NCBI GenBank assembly: GCA_963822445.1
Contig: CAWGHO010000002.1
Span: 1,632,001 to 1,696,000 of the forward strand
Origin: an uncultured Acidobacteriota bacterium
GTDB taxonomy: Bacteria; Acidobacteriota; Thermoanaerobaculia; Gp7-AA8
Reading direction: 5' to 3'
Length of the DNA stretch: 64,000 nucleotides
Each line of letters starts with the position of its first letter. Position 1 is the stretch's first letter. The notes under the pieces are model-generated. The model was not told the origin of the DNA. It ran no database searches and saw only the letters and a list, made by a program, of their open reading frames with translations. Below, in pieces: positions 1-9,053 of the stretch. Both the position numbers and the translations under genes were made by a program.

Positions 1-2
1 CC

Positions 3-404
3 TATCACCTGGCAGCCGCATCGAACGAGTCCGGCGCGAAGGACATCTTCCGCTTCCGTTTCTCCGAGGCTGCAAAGAAGTACTCCGAGGACACCACCGC
101 CCCGAACGGCGGCGACCTGGGATGGATGCTGCGCGAGAAGCTCGACGAGAAGTTCGCCGACATCGCCTTCTCCATTCCCATCGGCGTGATGAGCGGAATC
201 ATCGAGACGTCGTTCGGCTATCACCTGATCCTGGTGGAAGACCGCCAGGAGGAAGGCATGGAGCCGTACGAGTCGGCGCGCTCGTCGATCCGTGAGTTCC
301 TCATGACCCGCGACGCCGCGAAGGTCATGGAGACGGTCACGAAGCTGACCAACGAGCTGCGCCGGACCAGCAAGGTCGCGGTGTACCCCGAGAACGTTCG
401 GTAG
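3..404 (+). CDS. Parvulin-type peptidyl-prolyl isomerase (PpiC/SurA/PrsA-like), 5'-truncated by window edge
   Basis: Frame open from position 3: FSEAAKKYSEDTTAPNGGDLGW...FADIAF...SGIIETSFGYHLILV, the rotamase motif. Confidence 0.85.
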   Translation, partial: YHLAAASNESGAKDIFRFRFSEAAKKYSEDTTAPNGGDLGWMLREKLDEKFADIAFSIPIGVMSGIIETSFGYHLILVEDRQEEGMEPYESARSSIREFLMTRDAAKVMETVTKLTNELRRTSKVAVYPENVR

Positions 405-438
405 CGACGCCCCCGGGGTTAGCCGCGCATCCGCGCGG

Positions 439-741
439 CTAATCTCCGGTGGGCGGAGGTGGCGGCGGTTCCTCGTCCGGCTTGATGTCGATGGAAGGAT
501 CGTTGTCCTGGCCGTTCGCGTGGATCGTGTACTTGAGGATTCCCTCGCGAGTGAACAAGCCGCTCTTGCATTCGTTGCCGGAGCACTTCACGTCGTCGTA
601 TCCCTCGACGGTGATGCGGAAGTCGAACTCGGCGGTCCAACGCACCTTCTGCTTGTTTTTCTTGACGCTCACGGGATCCTGATCCGGTATCGGCAGACCG
701 GTCGGGTCGAGTGATACACGCACAACTTTGTCGTCATCCAT
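439..741 (-). CDS. Small hypothetical protein with C-terminal DP-x-I motif and poly-Pro tail (possible DP-EP/DUF1888-like)
   Basis: SD GAGGAG (749-754) 7 nt before ATG 741, right after the kinase stop; ends KYTIHANGQDNDPSIDIKPDEEPPPPPPTGD. Confidence 0.6.
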   Translation of the reverse strand: MDDDKVVRVSLDPTGLPIPDQDPVSVKKNKQKVRWTAEFDFRITVEGYDDVKCSGNECKSGLFTREGILKYTIHANGQDNDPSIDIKPDEEPPPPPPTGD

Positions 742-754
742 CACACATCTCCTC

Positions 755-3301
755 TTATCGTCCCTCGGACCGGAAGGACCGAATTACTGCCTGAAGCGTA
801 CCTGTTTTGCGGAGGTTTGCGAACTCGGGGTCGCGCTCCACGTCGCCGGGATTGAAACCGAGACGCAGTGCCTGCTCTAACCGTGCGATGGCTTCTTCGG
901 GCGCGCCGGAGATGTTCGCGACGACCGCGGCCTCGTAGAGATTCGTGGCATCGCGCGGTTCGAGCTCGAGGGAGCGAAGGATGGCGGACCGTGCTTCGCG
1001 GTGCCGCCCCAGTTTCGCGAGCGCGCTGCCGCGTGACGCGTGTGCAAAGGCATCGGAAGGATTGACGGTGATCGCCTGCTCGCACAAAGCGACCGAGCGT
1101 TCAAACGCCGTTCGCGCCTTACTCTCACCGCCGGGAACCCAGCGGTAGGCATCGCCGAGATTGCGCCAGTACAAGAAGTCGTTCGGCGTCAATTCGACGG
1201 ATTTCTCGAACGCCGCAGCTGCATCGGCATAACGCCCGAGGAAGTAGTAGCAGGTTCCAAGGTTCGAATAGCCGTGGCCCGATGGCTCGCGCTGGATCGA
1301 TTGCGCGAAGACGCGCACGGCATCGTCATACCGGTCGAGTCGCTGATACGCTCCACCGAGGTTGTTGTAGCCGCGCTGATTGTCAGGCACCAGCTCGACG
1401 ACCTTCTGAAACTGGGGAATGCTCTCCTGCGTGCGTCCCTGCGAGAAATAGAACGCCCCCAACTTGTTATACCCACCCCAGTAATTCGGCTGCAGCTCGA
1501 TGGCCCGTTTGTAACTCTCCTCGGCCTTCTTCAAGTCACCCGACGCTTTGTACGTTTCCGCGAGTCCGAGGACCGCGTCGGCGTTGTTCGGTTGCTGGGA
1601 GAGCACGCGCAGGAAGGCGGCCACAGCCTCGTTGTAGCGGCCGGTCTGGCGGCGCAGTTCGCCGAGGGTCACGTTCACGTCCACGCTTTGCGGATCGGCT
1701 TCGAGCGCGCGTTCGGCGGCGCGTCCGGCGGCGGCTGCCAGTTGCGGCTGGCGCGTGATCTGGAACTTGTTGAGGTATCCGCGGGCCAGCGCGGCCTGCA
1801 CTGACGGCGACTGGCCGAGCGATTCCAGGATCGCGATTGCGCTGTCGAGCGACTGCTCGCTGTCGTAGCGTCGCAGATGTCCGATCGCCTCGAGATACTT
1901 GACCTGCGAGACCTCCGGATCCAGGCCGGCGCGCATCGGCGCGGCGCCGAGCTTCAGGTTCCGGGCGACGCTCTGCGCGACGTCATCCTGCACCGCGAAG
2001 AGATCCGCCACGCTTCCTTCGATCAGATCGCGCCATTCGCGGCCGCTTTCCGGCTCGAGGACCGAATACGTCACGCGCAGGCGGTCGCCGTTGCGCATCA
2101 TCGAGCCGCTCAGCACCAGATTCGCGCCCAGCTCCTGCGCGGCTTTCTTCGGATCCGATGGAGCCGCGGCCTGCGGACGCATCACCTGCACGGTCGGAAA
2201 GTGAGCAAGTCGCGCGGTGAGCGTCTCCGCGAATCCATCCACGACGAGCTGACCGTTCGCATCGCCAGTCAGGTCCTTGAAGCCGAGGACAGCGAGGTAC
2301 TGCTTCGGCGGCGCGTCGGGTTCGCGATCGCGCGACATCAGGAAGGCGCCGGCCATGAAGACAACCAGCGCCACCGCGGCAGTCACCGCAACGGCGACGG
2401 CGCGCTTGTTCACCACACGCTGCCGCGGATGGAATCCACTCTCTTCAGCGACGACGCGATCGCGAAGCAGCCGCAGCTCGCGGGCGAGATCGCGCGTCGA
2501 CGCGTAGCGGTCGTCGGCCGCCTTCGCCAGCAGCCGCTGAATGATGTCGTTGAGCTGCACCGGCGCTTCCGGATTCGCGCGGGAAACCGCGGGGGGCGTC
2601 TTGTGCAGGATTGCCGAAAGCGTGTCGATCGCGGTGTCGCCGTCGAACGCCGGCTTGCCCGTCGCCAGCTCGTACAGGATCGCGCCGAGTGCGAACTGAT
2701 CGGAACGGAAGTCGACGCGTTTGCCGCTGGCCTGCTCCGGCGACATGTAGCCGACCGTGCCGAGAATCACGCCGGGCGTCGTGCCGGGCAGGTCGAGCTG
2801 CACCGTGTGCTCCCCTTCGGCGGAGGGCGCGACGACTTTCGCCAGTCCGAAGTCGAGGATCTTCACGAAGCCGTCTCGGGTGACCATCAGATTTTCCGGC
2901 TTGAGATCGCGATGGACGATTCCGCGCTCGTGCGCCGCGGCGAGGCCGTCCGCGATCTGCGCTCCGATGTCGAGCGCCTGCCGGATCGGAATCGCGCCGT
3001 GCTGGAGCATCGAGCGAAGATCGCGGCCCTCGACGTACTCCATCACGATGAACGGCGTCCGCTCGTCGGTGCCGACTTCGTGGATGGTGATGATGTTCGG
3101 ATGGTTGAGCGCCGACGCCGATCGCGCTTCCTGCGTGAAGCGGCTCAGCGTGTCGCGATCGGATGCCATCCGCACCGGTAGCATCTTGATCGCGACCTTG
3201 CGGCCGAGGGAGGGGTCGCGGGCGACGAAGACCTCTCCCATCCCGCCGGAGCCGATCGGGCCGAGCACCTGGTAGCGACCGAGCGTCTCGCGGACTGTCA
3301 T
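755..3301 (-). CDS. Hanks-type Ser/Thr protein kinase with TM helix, TolB-N-like domain and TPR repeats
   Basis: GSGGMGEV, VAIK, HRDLKPEN, DFG motifs; TM AVAVAVTAAVALVVFMAGAFLM; about 8 TPRs; start taken at MTVRETLGRYQ. Confidence 0.93.
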   Translation of the reverse strand: MTVRETLGRYQVLGPIGSGGMGEVFVARDPSLGRKVAIKMLPVRMASDRDTLSRFTQEARSASALNHPNIITIHEVGTDERTPFIVMEYVEGRDLRSMLQHGAIPIRQALDIGAQIADGLAAAHERGIVHRDLKPENLMVTRDGFVKILDFGLAKVVAPSAEGEHTVQLDLPGTTPGVILGTVGYMSPEQASGKRVDFRSDQFALGAILYELATGKPAFDGDTAIDTLSAILHKTPPAVSRANPEAPVQLNDIIQRLLAKAADDRYASTRDLARELRLLRDRVVAEESGFHPRQRVVNKRAVAVAVTAAVALVVFMAGAFLMSRDREPDAPPKQYLAVLGFKDLTGDANGQLVVDGFAETLTARLAHFPTVQVMRPQAAAPSDPKKAAQELGANLVLSGSMMRNGDRLRVTYSVLEPESGREWRDLIEGSVADLFAVQDDVAQSVARNLKLGAAPMRAGLDPEVSQVKYLEAIGHLRRYDSEQSLDSAIAILESLGQSPSVQAALARGYLNKFQITRQPQLAAAAGRAAERALEADPQSVDVNVTLGELRRQTGRYNEAVAAFLRVLSQQPNNADAVLGLAETYKASGDLKKAEESYKRAIELQPNYWGGYNKLGAFYFSQGRTQESIPQFQKVVELVPDNQRGYNNLGGAYQRLDRYDDAVRVFAQSIQREPSGHGYSNLGTCYYFLGRYADAAAAFEKSVELTPNDFLYWRNLGDAYRWVPGGESKARTAFERSVALCEQAITVNPSDAFAHASRGSALAKLGRHREARSAILRSLELEPRDATNLYEAAVVANISGAPEEAIARLEQALRLGFNPGDVERDPEFANLRKTGTLQAVIRSFRSEGR

Positions 3302-3316
3302 CGAGGACCTGGGCCG

Positions 3317-3333
3317 GATTCTACCGGTATAAT
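3317..3333. promoter_or_regulatory. Back-to-back -10 elements of the divergent kinase and 3359 genes
   Basis: TATAAT on + at 3328-3333 and TAGAAT on - at 3318-3323 within a 57-bp intergenic gap. Confidence 0.5.
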
Positions 3334-3358
3334 CGCGGCCTCTCCCCGAAGGATCTTC

Positions 3359-3928
3359 ATGCGTCGCCGTGCGTTGAGCATCGTCGTGATCGCGCTCGTT
3401 CTGACCGCCGCCGTCGTGCGCGCGGGCGAGGGATCCCATCCCTCGCTCGTCCCCTGGAAAGTGATCGAAGTCGGAGCCGCGCCTGAGCCCGCGCCGCTGA
3501 CCTTGTTCTGGGTGCCGGCCTCGCCGGATGACGTGCGCCGCTCCGATCTGCTCGCGTCGGACGAGCTCACGCTCTATTCATCGCAATGCGTGGCGATGCG
3601 TATCGTCCGCCTCGACGATCACGAGACCCTCGAGCGTCTCGAGATCACGGAGGAACTGCCGGTCGTCGTGCTTAGGGACGCGAGCGGCAAGGTCATCGAA
3701 CGGGCCGGCGCCCCGCTCAGCCTCGCGGACGTCGAGTCGATGGTGCGTGATGAGCTGAACGATCGCGCCGAAGCGGCGGAGGCGATGCTCGACGAGGCCG
3801 CGGAGAAGGCCGATGAGGGGGATACCGACGCGGCGATCGCGCTGTATCGCGAGGTGTGGGACCAGCGCTGTGTGTGCCCGCGACAGGCGCGGGCAGCACA
3901 CAAGGCTTTAAAGAGGTTGTCGAAATGA
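3359..3928 (+). CDS. Exported hypothetical protein, thioredoxin-like fold plus helical C-terminus with CxCP
   Basis: Signal peptide; SSQCVAMRIVRLDD...LPVVVLRDASGKVIER resembles a Trx-like fold; C-terminal RCVCPRQ. Confidence 0.55.
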   Translation: MRRRALSIVVIALVLTAAVVRAGEGSHPSLVPWKVIEVGAAPEPAPLTLFWVPASPDDVRRSDLLASDELTLYSSQCVAMRIVRLDDHETLERLEITEELPVVVLRDASGKVIERAGAPLSLADVESMVRDELNDRAEAAEAMLDEAAEKADEGDTDAAIALYREVWDQRCVCPRQARAAHKALKRLSK

Positions 3929-3932
3929 GCCG

Positions 3933-5024
3933 CTACGCCGTCTGCAGGATCTGCACGGCGCGTTTCCACTGACGGCGCGAGCGCTTGACGTGCAGGCGCG
4001 AGGCGCGGCTGGTTCTCCGCCACGACATCCCCTGCGAGCGCTGTTCGATCGCGCGGCGCCACAGCGCGAGCGCCTTCTCGAGGTGATTCGCGGCCACCTT
4101 CAAGCGGCGGCGCGCTTCATCGGCGAGCGTCGACGGCGCGGCGATCTTGTCTTCCACGAGCTTGAGCGCGGCGCGCATGCGAGCCTGCTCGATCTGCGGA
4201 AGCGGCGTGGTGATGAGGCCCTTTGCCAGACCGCTCCAGCGCAGCGCGGCGATCCACCACTTCGCCGGATCCCAGTGATACCAGCGGATGCCGTTGCGGA
4301 AGTCGGCCGGGAAGCGGTGATGGAACGAGTGATAGCCCTCGCCGAGGGTGACCATGGCCACGAGCCAGTTGTCGCGGGCGGAGGCTTCGTCGTTGAAGGC
4401 CGGCTCGCCGAGGCTGTGGGCGAGGGAGTTCACGAAGAACGTCGTGTGGTGAATGACCACGATGCGGGTAAAGCCGCCCCAGAGCAGGCCGGCGATCGGA
4501 TCGCCGAACGCGGCACCGATCAGCGTCGGCAGGCCGAAGCCGGCGATGACCATGATCTGTTTGTGCCAGCGGTGCTGCCACATCACGATCTTGTTGGCGA
4601 GCAGGTCCGGCGAGTTCTCGAACGTGTCGTCGCGCTGATCGTTCTTGTAGAAGATCCAGAAGATGTGCGCCCACCAGAATCCGCGCTGGATGTTGTACGG
4701 ATCCCAGTCCTTGTCCGCGTACTTGTGGTGCACGCGGTGCGACGAGGACCACCACAGAATCGAGTTCTGCGCGGCCATCGCGCCGAAGAGCGCGTAGAAG
4801 ACCTGCACGAGCGGTGAAGCCTCGTAGCTCTTGTGCGAGAAAAAGCGGTGGTAGCCCGCGCAGATCGAGAGTCCGACCGCGAGGTACATGCCGACCATCA
4901 GCAGCGGCATCCACAGTTGAAAACCGGCGTACCAGGTGTACGCGGCGGTGCCGGCGATGCCGATGACGGGCGTGAGGGTGAGGAAAAGAATGTTCACCCA
5001 GTCTTTTTGTTGCTGCTTCTCGAT
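3933..5024 (-). CDS. Acyl-CoA/acyl-lipid delta-9 fatty acid desaturase
   Basis: His boxes HRFFSH, HRVHH, HSFHH; GEGYH..HH.FP.DFRNG; start likely ATC 5024 behind GGAGG (alternative GTG 4997). Confidence 0.92.
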   Translation of the reverse strand: MEKQQQKDWVNILFLTLTPVIGIAGTAAYTWYAGFQLWMPLLMVGMYLAVGLSICAGYHRFFSHKSYEASPLVQVFYALFGAMAAQNSILWWSSSHRVHHKYADKDWDPYNIQRGFWWAHIFWIFYKNDQRDDTFENSPDLLANKIVMWQHRWHKQIMVIAGFGLPTLIGAAFGDPIAGLLWGGFTRIVVIHHTTFFVNSLAHSLGEPAFNDEASARDNWLVAMVTLGEGYHSFHHRFPADFRNGIRWYHWDPAKWWIAALRWSGLAKGLITTPLPQIEQARMRAALKLVEDKIAAPSTLADEARRRLKVAANHLEKALALWRRAIEQRSQGMSWRRTSRASRLHVKRSRRQWKRAVQILQTA

Positions 5025-5081
5025 GATGCACCTCCAAAGTTATTCCGGGGTGCGGCGTAGTATGCACTCTCGGGGGTTTCG

Positions 5082-5663
5082 TTGAGAACGTCAGTGGTCG
5101 CCGCGGTATTCGCCGTCTTGCTCGCGCTCGCGTCCGCCGGGCAGAGCGGCGAGCATGCGAAAGCCCGCAAAGCGATGGCGGAAGCGGAGCGGACGAACAA
5201 CCCGGTGCGGCTGCTCGTGCTCGCGTTCGACATCCGGAAATCGCTCGACAAAGCGCTGGCCGGCGATCCGGACAACGTCGAAGTACGCCTGGACTTCGTT
5301 CGCTTTCATGTGAACACGCCCCGAATTGCGGGCGGAGATATGTCCGAGGCGCGCGCACATGCCGCGGAGATCGCGAAGCGCGACGAGGCCCTGGGCCATT
5401 TCGCGAAGGGCTACATCGCTTACCGCGGCGAGAAGGCCTACGGCGCCGCTCGCCTGGCTTTTCGGGCGGCGATCGAGCGTGCGGATAAACCTGCGACGAA
5501 GGCGTTGGCCATGCGCTGGATGGGTTGGCTCTCGCAGGAGACCCAGCAGTGGCAGACGGCGTTCGAGATGTGGGAAGCGCTCGGGGATGAGCACGAGATC
5601 AAGAGGACCGAGGGGTTTTGTCGGTGCGTCAGACCATCGGCAAATCCACACCCCGCTCGTTAG
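5082..5663 (+). CDS. Exported TPR-like hypothetical protein
   Basis: Signal peptide; [25 protein letters not shown] plus helical repeats. Confidence 0.6.
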   Translation: MRTSVVAAVFAVLLALASAGQSGEHAKARKAMAEAERTNNPVRLLVLAFDIRKSLDKALAGDPDNVEVRLDFVRFHVNTPRIAGGDMSEARAHAAEIAKRDEALGHFAKGYIAYRGEKAYGAARLAFRAAIERADKPATKALAMRWMGWLSQETQQWQTAFEMWEALGDEHEIKRTEGFCRCVRPSANPHPAR

Positions 5664-7293
5664 CAACATCGATCGCGATTTCGTACCCCGCGTCCGCATG
5701 CCGCATCACGCCCGTCCCCGGATCACACGTCAGCACGCGCTGCAGGCGCTCCGCGGCAGCCTCGGTGCCATCGGCGACGATCACCATTCCGGCGTGAATC
5801 GAATAGCCGATTCCTACGCCGCCACCGTGATGCAGCGAGACCCAGGTCGCGCCGCTGGCGGTGTTGAGCATCGCGTTCAGGATCGGCCAGTCCGCGATCG
5901 CATCCGAGCCATCCTTCATCGCTTCCGTCTCGCGATTGGGTGAGGCAACCGAACCGGCGTCGAGATGATCGCGGCCGATGACGATCGGCGCGCTGACCTT
6001 CTTCTCCGCCACCAGCCGATTGAAGAGCAATCCGGCCTTGTCCCGTTCTCCGTAACCGAGCCAGCAGATGCGCGCGGGCAGACCCTGGAACTCCACGCGC
6101 TTCTGGGCCATGCGGATCCATCGATGCAATGGCGCATCCTCGGGGAACAGCTCAAGAATCGCCTCGTCGGTCACGAACAGATCGTTCGGATCGCCGGAAA
6201 GCGCCGCCCAGCGGAACGGCCCCTTTCCTTCACAGAACAGCGGGCGGATGAACAGCGGAACGAAGCCGCCGACGTCGAACGCGTTCGCGACGCCGGCCTT
6301 CAACGCCTGCCCGCGCAGGTTGTTGCCGTAATCGAAGGTGATCGAGCCGCGGTTCTGCAGCTCGATCATCGCCCGCATGTGACGGGCCATGGTCTCGTAC
6401 GACAGCTCGACGTACTTCTTCGGATCGCTCGCGCGGAGATCGAGCGCCTCCTCGAATGACATCCCTGCCGGCACGTAACCGGTCAGCTCGTCGTGAGCGG
6501 AGGTTTGATCGGTGAGCACATCCGGAACGATGCCCCGCGCGATCAGCGCCTCGAGCAGATCGACTGCATTCGCGACCACGCCGATGGAGATCGCCTCGCC
6601 GCGATCGCGAGCTTCGAGCGCACGCGCGATCGCAGCGTCGAGCGTCGGCGCTTCCTCATCGAGATACCTCTTCTCGATCCGGCGCTGAATGCGCGTGCGA
6701 TCGACCTCGGCCACCAGCGCCGTGGCCTCGTTCATCGTCGCCGCGAGCGGCTGGGCGCCACCCATTCCGCCGAGGCCGGCGGTGACTACGAGCTTGCCCT
6801 GGAGGGAGTTGTTGAAGCGCTGCTTCGCGACCGCCGCGAAACACTCGTACGTTCCCTGAAGAATGCCCTGCGTGCCGATGTAGATCCACGACCCGGCGGT
6901 CATCTGGCCGTACATCATCAGACCCATGGCGTCGAGGCGGCGGAATTCGTCCCAGGTGCCCCAGTGCGGAACGAGATTCGAGTTCGCGATCAGGACGCGC
7001 GGCGCGTTCTCGTGCGTGCGGAACACGCCGACGGGCTTGCCGGACTGCACGAGCAGCGTCTCGTCGTTCTTCAGACGCTTCAGCGTCGCGACGATGGCGT
7101 CGTAGCAGGCCCAGTTGCGTGCGGCTTTGCCGATGCCGCCATACACGATGAGCTGCTCCGGCCGCTCCGCCACCTCGGGATCGAGGTTGTTCATCAGCAT
7201 CCGCAGCGCCGCTTCCTGCTGCCAGCCGCGGCAACTGATCTCGGTGCCGCGCGGCGCGCGGATGGTCCTTGACTCGGCGATCGTGGTGGTCAT
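5629..7293 (-). CDS. hutU: Urocanate hydratase
   Basis: [51 protein letters not shown] motifs; 554 aa. Confidence 0.98.
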   Translation of the reverse strand: MTTTIAESRTIRAPRGTEISCRGWQQEAALRMLMNNLDPEVAERPEQLIVYGGIGKAARNWACYDAIVATLKRLKNDETLLVQSGKPVGVFRTHENAPRVLIANSNLVPHWGTWDEFRRLDAMGLMMYGQMTAGSWIYIGTQGILQGTYECFAAVAKQRFNNSLQGKLVVTAGLGGMGGAQPLAATMNEATALVAEVDRTRIQRRIEKRYLDEEAPTLDAAIARALEARDRGEAISIGVVANAVDLLEALIARGIVPDVLTDQTSAHDELTGYVPAGMSFEEALDLRASDPKKYVELSYETMARHMRAMIELQNRGSITFDYGNNLRGQALKAGVANAFDVGGFVPLFIRPLFCEGKGPFRWAALSGDPNDLFVTDEAILELFPEDAPLHRWIRMAQKRVEFQGLPARICWLGYGERDKAGLLFNRLVAEKKVSAPIVIGRDHLDAGSVASPNRETEAMKDGSDAIADWPILNAMLNTASGATWVSLHHGGGVGIGYSIHAGMVIVADGTEAAAERLQRVLTCDPGTGVMRHADAGYEIAIDVANERGVDLPMV

Positions 7294-7307
7294 GATTGGC
7301 CGATTCT

Positions 7308-8066
7308 ATGACCGACCTGAAGAAACGCGCGACCGAGATCGACCGCCGCCTGAGCGAGCGTTATCCCGACGCGAAATGCTCGCTCGATTTCACGAATGCC
7401 TTCGAGCTCTTGATCGCCACGATCCTCTCCGCGCAGTCGACCGACGCGCGGGTGAACATCGTCACGAAGTCGCTGTTTCGGAGGTATCCGAACCCGGCCG
7501 CGTTCGCGAACGCGAGCCTCGTGGAGATGGAGACCGACGTCAAACAGACCGGCTTCTTCCGCAACAAGGCCAAGGCCGTCATCAACTGCTCGAAGGCGAT
7601 CATGGAGCGGCACGGCGGACAGGTGCCGCGGACGATGGAGGAACTGGTCGAGCTGCCCGGTGTCGGCCGCAAGACGGCGAACGTGGTTCTCGGAAATGCC
7701 TTCAAAACGCCGGCGGGCGTGGTCGTCGATACGCACGTCGGTCGCGTTTCAGGACGACTGGCCTTGACGGAGAGCGCGGATCCGGTGGTGATCGAGCAGG
7801 ATCTGATGAAGGTCGTGCCGCGCGAGAAGTGGACGCAGTTCGCGCACCGGATGATTTACCACGGCCGGGAAACGTGCATCGCCAGGAAGCCGCAGTGTGA
7901 GGTGTGCGTGGTGAATGATCTCTGCCCGAGCGCGCAGCTCACGGAAGATCGAGCGTCCCCGCCTTCGTCCACGGCCCGCACCGCGCGATCCGCCACACCG
8001 TCTTCAAAGAACCCTTCCCGAAGCCGTACTTTGAGATCGCCGCGCGGCCGTAAGCCGAGCAGGTAG
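7308..8066 (+). CDS. nth: Endonuclease III
   Basis: LIATILSAQSTD, HhH LPGVGRKTANVVL, VDTHV, C-x6-C-x2-C-x5-C Fe-S motif. Confidence 0.96.
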   Translation: MTDLKKRATEIDRRLSERYPDAKCSLDFTNAFELLIATILSAQSTDARVNIVTKSLFRRYPNPAAFANASLVEMETDVKQTGFFRNKAKAVINCSKAIMERHGGQVPRTMEELVELPGVGRKTANVVLGNAFKTPAGVVVDTHVGRVSGRLALTESADPVVIEQDLMKVVPREKWTQFAHRMIYHGRETCIARKPQCEVCVVNDLCPSAQLTEDRASPPSSTARTARSATPSSKNPSRSRTLRSPRGRKPSR

Positions 8067-8253
8067 GTTGGAAACGGCAGCCGAACGCCCGGCGCACGCG
8101 CATCGGCGTGTGCGCGCGATATTCGTCGATGAGGAAGATCGCGCCGCGCGCCGCGAACCCGCGGCCGTGAGGGACGGCGAAATCATGGATCGCGAAGATC
8201 GCGACGATGAGGGCGGCTACGAAGAGCGCTCGGCGGCTTTTGCTTCGTCCCAA
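7939..8253 (-). CDS. yidD: Membrane protein insertion efficiency factor YidD-like
   Basis: CRFQPTCSAYG..AI.KYG..KG......RIARCGPW motif. Confidence 0.85.
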   Translation of the reverse strand: MGRSKSRRALFVAALIVAIFAIHDFAVPHGRGFAARGAIFLIDEYRAHTPMRVRRAFGCRFQPTCSAYGRAAISKYGFGKGSLKTVWRIARCGPWTKAGTLDLP

Positions 8254-9002
8254 AGCTTGTCCATCTCCTCGAGCTCGAGCTGGTCGAGATTCTGCCCCCG
8301 CTCGTGCACCTGTTTTTCCATCGACTCGAAGCGGCGCATGAACTTGCGGTTCGTCGACTGCAGCGCTTCCTCCGGATTCGCACTCACCTTGCGGGCGATG
8401 TTGGCGATGGTGAACAGCAGATCGCCGATCTCATCCTCGATTTTCGCCGCTTCCCCCGACGCGACAGCCTCGCGCAGCTCGGCGATCTCCTCCTCGAGCT
8501 TGTCGAAGACGTCGTCCGTGCGCCGCCAGTCGAATCCGACGCGCGCCGCTTTCTCGGTCAGACGCGAGGCCTTCAGCAGCGCCGGCATCGAACGCGGGAC
8601 GCCCGAGAGCACGCTCTTGTTCTCCGCCTTCCGCTCGTCGCTCTTCAGCTTCTCCCAGTTCACGAGCACCTGCTCCGCGTCGTCGGCCTTCGCGTCGGCG
8701 AAGACATGGGGATGACGGCGAACCAGCTTGTCGTGTATGGCGGTGATGGAGTCGTAGACGTCGAACGTCCCTTCCTCCCGCGTGATCTCGGCGATGAACA
8801 CCGCTTCGAGCAGGAGATCGCCGACCTCTTCGAGCAGCGCCGCGCGGTCATCGCGATCGATCGCGTCGACGACTTCATAGGCTTCCTCGATGACGTAAGG
8901 CTTGAGGTCCGGCAGCGTCTGCTTGCGGTCCCACGGACAGCCGTCCGGACCGCGCAGAGTGGTCATCAGTTTCACGAGATCTTCGAACGAACGGCGCGAC
9001 AT
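8217..9002 (-). CDS. mazG: Nucleoside triphosphate pyrophosphohydrolase MazG
   Basis: LRGPDGCPWDRKQT, EEAYEV, EEVGDLL, KLVRRHPHVF, EIGDLLF; the upstream part of the 639-aa track ORF is antisense to the kinase. Confidence 0.95.
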   Translation of the reverse strand: MSRRSFEDLVKLMTTLRGPDGCPWDRKQTLPDLKPYVIEEAYEVVDAIDRDDRAALLEEVGDLLLEAVFIAEITREEGTFDVYDSITAIHDKLVRRHPHVFADAKADDAEQVLVNWEKLKSDERKAENKSVLSGVPRSMPALLKASRLTEKAARVGFDWRRTDDVFDKLEEEIAELREAVASGEAAKIEDEIGDLLFTIANIARKVSANPEEALQSTNRKFMRRFESMEKQVHERGQNLDQLELEEMDKLWDEAKAAERSS

Positions 9003-9053
9003 GCCGGGCATTCTAAGGGAGCGCTCTGTTAGCATGATGCGACCGATAGCCCC

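Noticed and set aside
8217-9002. MazG as an antiphage or toxin-antitoxin component
   Set aside because: Standard two-domain housekeeping MazG with no mazEF or defence genes nearby
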